Below, piece by piece: positions 7,184 to 13,905 of a DNA stretch of 13,905 nt. The notes beneath the pieces were generated by a model that was not told the DNA's origin, ran no database searches, and saw only the letters and a list, made by a program, of their open reading frames with translations. Location: the NCBI GenBank assembly GCA_038523235.1, contig JBCBJQ010000134.1:1-13905 (forward strand). The letters are read 5' to 3'. Both the position numbers and the translations under genes were made by a program. How positions within the stretch are numbered: the stretch's first letter is position 1; every line of letters starts with the position of its first letter. Source of the stretch: Cyanobacteria bacterium J06626_4 (lineage in GTDB: Bacteria; Cyanobacteriota; Cyanobacteriia; Phormidesmidales; Phormidesmidaceae).

Positions 7184-7864
7184 ATGCCACTGAACAAGGC
7201 TGATGCAGAGTCAAAGCGTGCTTCGGCGGCAGCGTTAGAGGCAGTGCTGATTCCTGGTGGCGGCTTGGGATTGAGGGGTGAGCTGCCGCCTTGGGTGCAG
7301 GCCCGATTAGATCGAGCGATCGCCCTGACGCCCCGGCCGCAATATTTCATCCCGCTGAGTGCGGGGACGACTCATAAGCCCCCACCGCTGGATGCATTGG
7401 GGTTTCCCATGCTGGAGTCTGTCGCGGCAGGGCGCTATTTGGCCGCCCAAGGCATTGCGGGAGCGCAGATTTTGCCGGAGACGATTTCTCTTGACACCAT
7501 TGGCAATGCTTACTTCGCTAGGGTGCAGCATACGGAACCGTTGGGGTTGAGGCGGTTGCATGTGATTACGTCAGCCTTTCATCGGCCGCGAACGGAAGCT
7601 ATTTTCCGCTGGATCTTTGCTCTGTCGAGTCCAGCCGTGCCCTATGCTCTAACGTTTGAAGCAGTGTCGGATGTGGGCATAGCTGCCGATGTGCTTGCCG
7701 AGCGCTGTGAGCGAGAACGCGCAAGTTTAGCGCGGGTGAACGCGTTGAAGACGCGTTTTACCACTTTGTCGGCGGTGCATCGCTGGCTCTATGACGAGCA
7801 TGCTGCCTATGCGATCGCCCATATCCCTGAGCAGTTAAGCAGTGCGGCCCTAGACAGCTATTGA
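7184..7864 (+). CDS. YdcF/ElyC/SanA (DUF218) family protein (about 226 aa)
   Basis: VLIPGGG, RLDRA, ES..A..YL, E..SLDTIGNAYF and VITSAFHRPR motifs. GGAGGGAG directly upstream of ATG 7184 supports this start over 7001. Confidence 0.85.
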   Translation: MPLNKADAESKRASAAALEAVLIPGGGLGLRGELPPWVQARLDRAIALTPRPQYFIPLSAGTTHKPPPLDALGFPMLESVAAGRYLAAQGIAGAQILPETISLDTIGNAYFARVQHTEPLGLRRLHVITSAFHRPRTEAIFRWIFALSSPAVPYALTFEAVSDVGIAADVLAERCERERASLARVNALKTRFTTLSAVHRWLYDEHAAYAIAHIPEQLSSAALDSY

Positions 7865-7940
7865 ATAAGGTGAGATTGCTGCTCGTGGCAACGCTGGATG
7901 ACATGTTGCGCTTGAGGACGGTTCTATGACTGCGTCCAAT

Positions 7941-9380
7941 TTATGGCGCAGCCGGTTCAAGGGGGGAGACATCCACCGTTTCAACCGTGCCGTCTGGTTG
8001 AAAGAACAGATCAATGATGGTGGTGTCGTCTGTGGGTAAGTCAGGGGTGCTGAGTAACGGCAGGCCGGTGCGATCGCGGTATTGCTCGGCTAGGGCATCC
8101 TGAGGGGTCACCTCGACTAGCGTGCCAGCGGCGTCAAATACTAGCCTGTAGGTCAGCGTTTGAGCGAGCCCGTCCGGTGGCGTCCAGCGATCGCGAACTG
8201 TTTCTAGCAGAATGGCCAAGGAGTCGGGAGCCAGAGCAACTGCACCTGCGGTGGCAGTGCTGGCAGCGGCTGATTCAGCTACGGGGGGAGCGATCGCTGC
8301 CGGAGCGCTGGCATCGGTTTGCCCATCAACGACTCCAGGAAAGCTGTCCGCTTCTGATGGGGTCGGAGCTGTGTCAGCCAACCCTTCTGCGGGTTCATCA
8401 AGCAAGCCTGTGAGTTCGTCAGGGGCGGTCTCACGGGTCGTGGCGGTTGCCGGGGCGCGCGGGGCGGGGCTCGGCGACGGGGGTGGGGTCGTTGGAGCTG
8501 TCTCTGATTCAACGACGGTGGGGGTTGGATTGGCTGCGCTGTCAGGTGGGTCAGGTTTTGGGGCCGCCTGTTCGTCTGTCGCTGAGTCTGGAGTGACCGG
8601 CGTGTTTTTGGGGGCGTTGCCAGCCGCGCCTGCGGGCTGACTGGCTATTGTTGGGGCGTCAGTGGGCGGTGCCCCAGGCTCTGCTTCGGCAATGGCCGCA
8701 GGGGCTGTCGCGTCATCGGCGTCATCGGCGGGTGGGTCAGGGCGAGGGGTTACCTGGTTCTCGGGCATCGCGGGGGCCGTTTCGAAGGTGGTTGAGGGCG
8801 CTTGGAGGGCGGTATCGCCCTCTGGCTGAGACTGATAAAGCGGCCACAGGGCAGTGGTAATGCCCATCGCTGCTACCATTCCCGCTGCCACGGTGCTCCA
8901 CTGTCGCCAGGGCCGACGCCGCGATACCGCTGCTAGGGATACCGGCAACGGACGCACCTGCGTATCTAGCTGGTCAACCACATCGCCCAAATCTGCCAGC
9001 TGCAATGCTCCTAAGGACACCGTGGCGACACCCGTGGTGGTTTGGAGCGGGCCTAAATGTAGGCTGTGTCGCGTGAGCCCATCCGGCACTAGGTAGGGCT
9101 GGTCGGCTCCGCGATCGCCCCTAGCCACCGGGTCACCCACCAGCTGAGACTGAAGATAAGTTTGAACGGCGTCGATCAGCGGGAGAAATGAGTCGCGATC
9201 GCCGCGAATTTCGACGGGCTGTCCGCTGTCCTCTAGGGAACGAATCTCAAGCTGATAGCGCAGTACCTGCACCACGGGTTTATCTGACCATTGCGACACC
9301 GCAGCCGACCGCGCCATCACCTCAAGGGTGACGGTGGGTGAGTCGTAGCGTAAGGGGGTGAGCTGAGTCGTTGAGGTCAT
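7941..9380 (-). CDS. DUF4335-domain membrane protein with a Pro/Ala/Thr-rich linker and a TonB/TolA-C-like C-terminus (479 aa)
   Basis: N-terminal RYDSPTVTLEV...VSQW and LQLADL..V.DQ, a single TM segment (VAAGMVAAMGITTALW), a long low-complexity linker, and C-terminal RWTPP...LTYRLVFDAAGTL..VTP. It lies directly downstream of DUF3038. Confidence 0.75.
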   Translation of the reverse strand: MTSTTQLTPLRYDSPTVTLEVMARSAAVSQWSDKPVVQVLRYQLEIRSLEDSGQPVEIRGDRDSFLPLIDAVQTYLQSQLVGDPVARGDRGADQPYLVPDGLTRHSLHLGPLQTTTGVATVSLGALQLADLGDVVDQLDTQVRPLPVSLAAVSRRRPWRQWSTVAAGMVAAMGITTALWPLYQSQPEGDTALQAPSTTFETAPAMPENQVTPRPDPPADDADDATAPAAIAEAEPGAPPTDAPTIASQPAGAAGNAPKNTPVTPDSATDEQAAPKPDPPDSAANPTPTVVESETAPTTPPPSPSPAPRAPATATTRETAPDELTGLLDEPAEGLADTAPTPSEADSFPGVVDGQTDASAPAAIAPPVAESAAASTATAGAVALAPDSLAILLETVRDRWTPPDGLAQTLTYRLVFDAAGTLVEVTPQDALAEQYRDRTGLPLLSTPDLPTDDTTIIDLFFQPDGTVETVDVSPLEPAAP

Positions 9381-9397
9381 AGACGGGGTTGCTGGGC

Positions 9398-9964
9398 CTA
9401 GCGCGATCGCTCTAAAAGAGCCAGCCAGAGTCGCCGCGTGCCGCCCGCTTGGCTATAAAACAGCAGGTCAACCAGCAGCTTTAAAGCGAGGTCGCGGAGG
9501 GTTTCGGGCGTGGGTAAATCATCGGGAGTCATGCGGTCTTCGTAGAAGTTGGTGAAGGTATCGAGATAATCACCCAAAACGCCGACTCGATGGAGGGGCT
9601 GATTTTGGGCAGTCGCTGCTTCTAAGCGGGTCACGGCATCACGGATTTTACTCTGGTGCTGCTGGGCTAAATGCACGCTAACTAACACCAGACCCCGAGC
9701 CTCATCAATATCGAGTTTTTTGCGTCCTTGACCTTTGCGCAGGGGGCTAGCCTGTCGGAGCCGCCAGAGCGTGACGCGATCGCCCATAATCGCGGCGATG
9801 CCGAGTTGCTCAGCCGCTTCTAGCATGGCTTCCGATCCCAGGCCCACCAGAGATTCCAGTGCCAATAACACCAGATCCAGCTGCGCTTTAATGCTGTCTA
9901 GCTGCTCGGGTACGGGGGAAGCACCGAGATTGGCTGCTGGGTCGGGGGTTGGTTGAGACTTCAC
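9398..9964 (-). CDS. DUF3038 family cyanobacterial conserved protein (188 aa)
   Basis: LDLVLLALESL..LGSEAML, DRVTLWRLRQASPLRK and LLVDLLFYS..GG.RRLW.ALL motifs, recognised from memory. GTG start. Confidence 0.8.
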   Translation of the reverse strand: MKSQPTPDPAANLGASPVPEQLDSIKAQLDLVLLALESLVGLGSEAMLEAAEQLGIAAIMGDRVTLWRLRQASPLRKGQGRKKLDIDEARGLVLVSVHLAQQHQSKIRDAVTRLEAATAQNQPLHRVGVLGDYLDTFTNFYEDRMTPDDLPTPETLRDLALKLLVDLLFYSQAGGTRRLWLALLERSR

Positions 9965-9970
9965 AATTGC

Positions 9971-9999
9971 GCCACCACTCTACGCTACAGAGTAGCGGC
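9971..9999 (-). other. 11-bp stem-loop between tldE and the DUF3038 start
   Basis: The minus strand reads GCCGCTACTCT-GTAGCGT-AGAGTGGTGGC (two G-U pairs). There is no U-tract, and the stem ends 6 nt before GTG 9964. Confidence 0.6.
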
Positions 10000-10044
10000 A
10001 GATTGAGCCGTTGGGTTACCAGTCTTGAAACGACTTAACTCCCT

Positions 10045-11376
10045 TTAAAGGGTGTAAGCAAAGTTGTCGACTAACATACCGGGCACCAGGGTGCCGCCCA
10101 AGTCGCGATAGCCATAGCTGCCGACTTCGGGCATGAATTGAACGGATTGCGTCAGTGCCATCAGCTGAGTGCCCCAAAAGTTATAGAGGCTTTCGTCAAA
10201 GCGCAGATTTTCGATGGGCGCAATGATCTGGCCGTTTTCGACCCAAAAGCAGGCATAGCGGGTCATGCCGGTAATGCGCCCCTTGGGGCGATCGCTCCAG
10301 TTCAGATAGTGCAGATTCGACACGTAAAGGCCCGTGTCAAGGGCCGCGAGAATATCCTCATCCGCTAGGGTGCCGGGGGCTAAGGCGGGCGATCGCAGAT
10401 ACTCGCCACCTTCGGCATAGGTCGAAGGAATGCCATATTCCTTAGCAGTCCGGGCGCTTACCAGCGTATTCACTAGCTCCCCAGCGGTAATCAAAGGCAT
10501 GGTCAGCGGCGCTAACTCGCCGTACTGGTTGAACCGAGGCACCTGACCCAGGGTGAAGTCTTCGGTCAGGTGGAGGTGAGGTGAGAGGGGTTTTTCTTGC
10601 CGCTGCAGCGCTCCCAATGCACTGCCGCCGCGGCGGATAGAGGCTTCACCGATGCCGCCCCAAGACAGCATCGTCATGAGCTCGGCCACTGCCGCTGGGG
10701 CAAAATACGTGCGATATTGGCCCCGCTCAATAGTCTTAGGAGGCTGCGCCATCTGGTCGAGCAGTGTTTTCGATGTGGCGAGGGTGTCCGCATAGGCGGC
10801 ATCTTCCCACTCACGTCCGGCATAGGTGCCCTTGACTGCTTGCCCAGCCGGGGTGAAGAGGGAATAATCCACTGTGAAAGTCGACGTCTCAAACCAGTGC
10901 CGCTGCCCGGCAGAGTCGGCATAGGCCCTTGCCGCCCGCCCGCCGGCATACAGGCCAGCGGCATCCAACCCCTGCAGGGGTGGCATCAGTGTGGGGGCTA
11001 CGAGATCGGGAGTGAGCAGCTGACCCTCATAGACTTCGCGGCTCTGGGCATTGCCCTCCGGCAGCACCAGATAAGGATCGGTGGGCAACTGTGGCAGCTC
11101 AGCCCGTAGGGTTTCTAAAGCTGTGAGCAGCAGCGGCCAGTCCACTGTCTTGTCGCCGGTGAAAGTGACGCTTTCGGCAGTCGATCGCTCGTTGCCCATC
11201 AGGGTGAGCGTCAGGGCACCGTTTGTGATATTGCCCGTTTGGCGGACTTTAGCCTGGTTAAAGCGGGTGAACTGGCTCTCTTCTGCCACCAGCTCGACGG
11301 TCAGCGCTTCGTTGGCCTGCAGCTGCGGTAAGAGCGCGTCGATCAGTTGATTAAAGGTCGTTTCCCACTGTTGCAT
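10045..11376 (-). CDS. tldE: TldE/PmbA family protein (non-catalytic partner, 443 aa); true start is ATG 11376
   Basis: E.SQFTRFNQAKVRQ, G.YRTYFAPAAV, and GLYVSNLHYLNWSDR..GRITGMTRYACFWVENG...PIENLRFDES. No HExxxH motif. The start overlaps the tldD stop (TAATG). Confidence 0.88.
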   Translation of the reverse strand: MQQWETTFNQLIDALLPQLQANEALTVELVAEESQFTRFNQAKVRQTGNITNGALTLTLMGNERSTAESVTFTGDKTVDWPLLLTALETLRAELPQLPTDPYLVLPEGNAQSREVYEGQLLTPDLVAPTLMPPLQGLDAAGLYAGGRAARAYADSAGQRHWFETSTFTVDYSLFTPAGQAVKGTYAGREWEDAAYADTLATSKTLLDQMAQPPKTIERGQYRTYFAPAAVAELMTMLSWGGIGEASIRRGGSALGALQRQEKPLSPHLHLTEDFTLGQVPRFNQYGELAPLTMPLITAGELVNTLVSARTAKEYGIPSTYAEGGEYLRSPALAPGTLADEDILAALDTGLYVSNLHYLNWSDRPKGRITGMTRYACFWVENGQIIAPIENLRFDESLYNFWGTQLMALTQSVQFMPEVGSYGYRDLGGTLVPGMLVDNFAYTL

Positions 11377-12860
11377 TAGGCGGCCCCCCCAAACACTTCG
11401 ATCTGATTGAAGGCACAAACGGGGGCGCCATGGCCGACCCGGATAATCTGATTCGGTTCGCCTTTGCCACAAAAGGGGGTGCCAAACATCTGCCAGGTAT
11501 TGCGATCGCCCACCTGAGCCAAGCTGCCCCAAAACTGTGGCGTGGTGGCCCGATAGTTGGGATTGCGCACCGTTTCGGCCAGTTTGCCGTCCCGAATGCG
11601 GCGACCATATTCACAGCCAAACTGAAACTTAAAGCGCTGGTCATCAATCGACCAGGAGCGATTGGCTTCCATATAGACGCCATCTTCAATTGAGCCAATG
11701 ATTTGTCCAAAGTTGCGATCGCCCGGCTCGACATTAATGTTCGCCATGCGATCGATGGGGGGCCGATCCCACGAGGTGGCACGGGCGCAGGCGACTCCAG
11801 GCACGCCTAGCCGCGCCTGGCTTTCGTGGCTGCCGAGCCCTCGCTGCAGTATGCCCTCGCGAATCAGGTACTGCCGCTCCGCGACGACGCCTGTGTCATC
11901 AAAGGCATAGCTGGCAAATTCTTGCTCTACCGTGGGGTCAAAGGTGACGTTAAGCTGCTCTGAGCCGTACTGCAAACTGCCAAAATCCGCTGGTTTCACA
12001 AAGCTGCCACCGGCATAGTTGCGCTCATCGCCCAGGATGCGATCGAGTTCGAGAGGATGGCCGATGCTCTCGTGAATTTGCAGCATCATTTGGTCGGGGG
12101 CCAGCACTAAGGTGGTAGACATTTCGGGACATTCGGCGGCAGTCAGCAGCTCGATCGCCTGCTCACCTGTGCGCTGCACCGAGGCCCACAGCTCGTCACC
12201 CAGGTCAAAAAATTCCCACCCAGCCTGATAGCTGTGACCCCGACCGTTGTTGCTGCGCGTTTGCACGATCGCCCCGTCTTGCGCGGTGGCGCCAAAGCTC
12301 GGACTAAAAAAGAAAAACCGCTGGTGCACTTGGGTGCCGCTGCTGCTCGCTAGCCAGGTATCGACTTCCTTGGCGGTGATGCTGGCACTGGCCTGCACAA
12401 TTTGGTCAGACACCTTGAGGCCCTGACAGATGCGCGACAGCAATTCGTGGGCGTGTGCCGTGGTCAAGGTCTTGAGGGGTTTTTCGACGGGCGATTGATA
12501 AACACCCAGCACAGTCGGGCGAACGTCGGGTTGAAAGGCGTGAATCTTCCACGGCGCAGCGGCTTTGGCCTGCTGAAAGGCTTGTTGAGCCGCTTGACGT
12601 AAGCCTTCTACGGTGAAGTTGTTGGTGGCGGCATAGCCGATTTGCCCGTCTACCAAGACTTCTACCATGGCCCCTTGCGCCAGCGATCGCCGGTTACTCT
12701 CAGGTTTGCCATCGCGCTGTGATCGATAGACGCTCTCTTCTCGGGTGGCACGAATGCCGACCCAGTCGGCGGCGAGATTGAAGTCAGCGATCGCGGCCTG
12801 CAGTAAATCAGCAGGAGCCGCGATCGTGCGTAGGGGGGTAGCCGTCACGGTAGAGTCCAC
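11376..12860 (-). CDS. tldD: TldD family metalloprotease (494 aa)
   Basis: Metal-binding motif QIHESIGHPLELDRILGDE, SYAFDD.G, PIDRMANIN, SWSIDDQR..FQFGCE and C-terminal CGKGEPNQ...VGHG.P. Confidence 0.93.
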   Translation of the reverse strand: MDSTVTATPLRTIAAPADLLQAAIADFNLAADWVGIRATREESVYRSQRDGKPESNRRSLAQGAMVEVLVDGQIGYAATNNFTVEGLRQAAQQAFQQAKAAAPWKIHAFQPDVRPTVLGVYQSPVEKPLKTLTTAHAHELLSRICQGLKVSDQIVQASASITAKEVDTWLASSSGTQVHQRFFFFSPSFGATAQDGAIVQTRSNNGRGHSYQAGWEFFDLGDELWASVQRTGEQAIELLTAAECPEMSTTLVLAPDQMMLQIHESIGHPLELDRILGDERNYAGGSFVKPADFGSLQYGSEQLNVTFDPTVEQEFASYAFDDTGVVAERQYLIREGILQRGLGSHESQARLGVPGVACARATSWDRPPIDRMANINVEPGDRNFGQIIGSIEDGVYMEANRSWSIDDQRFKFQFGCEYGRRIRDGKLAETVRNPNYRATTPQFWGSLAQVGDRNTWQMFGTPFCGKGEPNQIIRVGHGAPVCAFNQIEVFGGAA

Positions 12861-12926
12861 AGTTAAGTAAGCTGGCCTCTATTCTAGAGAAGTTGATGGA
12901 GAAAGTGCGATCGTACCCAAAATCGC

Positions 12927-12964
12927 TGCTTGCTCTTTAGGGCCATAGGTCTTAAAGAGAAGCA
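12927..12964. terminator. Long imperfect hairpin between the NYN gene and tldD (possible terminator or 3'-end stabiliser)
   Basis: TGCTT(G)CTCTTTA ... TAAAGAGAAGCA inverted repeat with one bulge. A minus-strand TAGAAT (12886-12881) lies just upstream of the tldD GTG and may be its -10. Confidence 0.45.
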
Positions 12965-13016
12965 AAACTGACTGGTGCGCTGAACTAATCAGAAATCAGG
13001 AAGATTCCGCTGCTTG

Positions 13017-13905
13017 TTATTTCGAAATCGAGACGAGCCAATGCTGAGGGTCTTTTTCTACTTTGAGCCCTTGGCAAGACGCTAAGAAAGCGGGGATGCT
13101 GGGCTTCAATTCGAGTTTGGTTAGAACCGATTTCATTGATCTGCCATGTTGCTGGTAGAAAGTTAGAGCTACGGTTCCTACTGGCACTGATTTCATAGCA
13201 CTCTGGCCTAACAGATGTTTGACGATTCCTGTACTAACAGCTTTTAGGGCTGGAGCCGTAAACTCTTTGGTCGATTGACTACCCGGCCTTGAGTTTGCTT
13301 TGGGCAGCAAACTTTCTGCGTTTTGAACTTCAACATGAACTTCGGGGCTACCGGTCTCAAAGGATATCTGAAATTCAGGAGAATTTTGGAAAAATACTTT
13401 TGGTGATCTGCCTAATTTGTGATGTTTCACGAAATCGCTGATGGGAAAGCCGAACTCCTTAGAGAACGCCAAAGATAGCTGGCTAAGCGAAATCTGAGTT
13501 TCCGAAGACTGCGATAGATATTGTCGGCAATAGCTAGTGCCAACCTTCACAGATGGCATCTGCTTCAGCGTAGGTAACTCAAACTGCACAGCCTCTCTCG
13601 TTCGAGAATGGGTCAGCGTCAGCGTTTGTTGATGTCTCTTAAGTAGCCTTACATTGAGGCCCTGAAATCGGAGCGTACTCTGCAAGTTGTTCAAATCTCC
13701 ATCGTTAGAGCACACGATTACCTCCCCAATGCTCGGCAAATGTACCAGCAATGAGGAACCGATAATGGTCATTTTAGAGTCTGCATGATTCTTGCCAGCA
13801 GAAACGTGAATGAGGTGGTATCCCCTGCGATGTAGGTTTTCATCGCGTGTGCCCAATTTCTTCCAATTACCAAAGGCAAACTTTAAAGAAAGAGGAAGGT
13901 CGCAG
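13017..13905 (-). CDS. NYN (LabA/DUF88, PIN-like) domain protein with probable C-terminal OST-HTH/LOTUS-like repeats; 5'-truncated by the window edge
   Basis: The frame stays open to the window end: ...LKFAFGNWKKLG.RDE.LHRRGYHLIHV.AGKNHADSKM...CSNDGDL. Two C-terminal units (ISLSQLSLAFSKEFG; VPVGTVALTFYQQHG) resemble OST-HTH. Confidence 0.8.
   Translation of the reverse strand, partial: CDLPLSLKFAFGNWKKLGTRDENLHRRGYHLIHVSAGKNHADSKMTIIGSSLLVHLPSIGEVIVCSNDGDLNNLQSTLRFQGLNVRLLKRHQQTLTLTHSRTREAVQFELPTLKQMPSVKVGTSYCRQYLSQSSETQISLSQLSLAFSKEFGFPISDFVKHHKLGRSPKVFFQNSPEFQISFETGSPEVHVEVQNAESLLPKANSRPGSQSTKEFTAPALKAVSTGIVKHLLGQSAMKSVPVGTVALTFYQQHGRSMKSVLTKLELKPSIPAFLASCQGLKVEKDPQHWLVSISK

Larger units (their letters stand above)
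341..12794. repeat. HIP1 (GCGATCGC) highly iterated palindrome, dispersed
   Basis: About 24 copies counted by eye (e.g. 341, 403, 746, 3082, 4471, 5211, 7811, 9403, 11502, 12787), against fewer than one expected by chance. This is a hallmark of cyanobacterial genomes. Confidence 0.95.

Noticed and set aside
8177..9096. Several overlapping alternative-frame ORFs and quasi-repeats in the DUF4335 gene
   Set aside because: These are shadows of a GC-rich Pro/Ala low-complexity linker. There is no regular repeat-spacer pattern, so this is not a CRISPR array.
448..12602. Remaining short antisense or out-of-frame ORFs in the track (e.g. 448-765, 2907-3371, 4884-5324, 6596-7153, 10597-11109, 11351-11782)
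   Set aside because: They overlap well-supported genes, have no recognisable motifs, and are expected at this GC content.
4563..12860. Idea that the 47-aa peptide is a RiPP precursor processed by TldDE
   Set aside because: The genes are more than 5 kb apart with unrelated genes between, there are no YcaO, radical SAM or lanthipeptide enzymes, and the peptide lacks a Cys/Ser/Gly-rich core.

Overview
Chromosomal window from a cyanobacterium. The HIP1 octamer GCGATCGC occurs about 24 times by my count, and DUF3038/DUF4335 genes are present; GC is moderately high, compatible with a Leptolyngbyaceae/Nodosilinea-like organism (inference). From left to right: the 3' tail of an unknown gene; a peroxide-defence cluster (glutathione reductase gor, a type II peroxiredoxin, and a divergent PerR, with a Per-box-like site over the prx promoter); a coiled-coil M23 peptidase; an unannotated convergent 47-aa ORF; a degenerate P-loop/AAA-like + winged-helix protein coupled to an MscS channel; a YdcF/DUF218 protein; the DUF3038-DUF4335 pair; a translationally coupled tldD-tldE(pmbA) pair; and the 3' part of a lower-GC NYN-domain gene. 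Most of the window is conserved housekeeping content. The best leads are the pseudo-ATPase/wHTH + MscS module, the missed microprotein, a 149-bp MITE-like element with 11-bp terminal inverted repeats and a 3-bp flanking duplication, and several structured intergenic regions. I saw no CRISPR array, tRNA, rRNA or transposase. All family assignments are from motif recognition by eye, not database searches.
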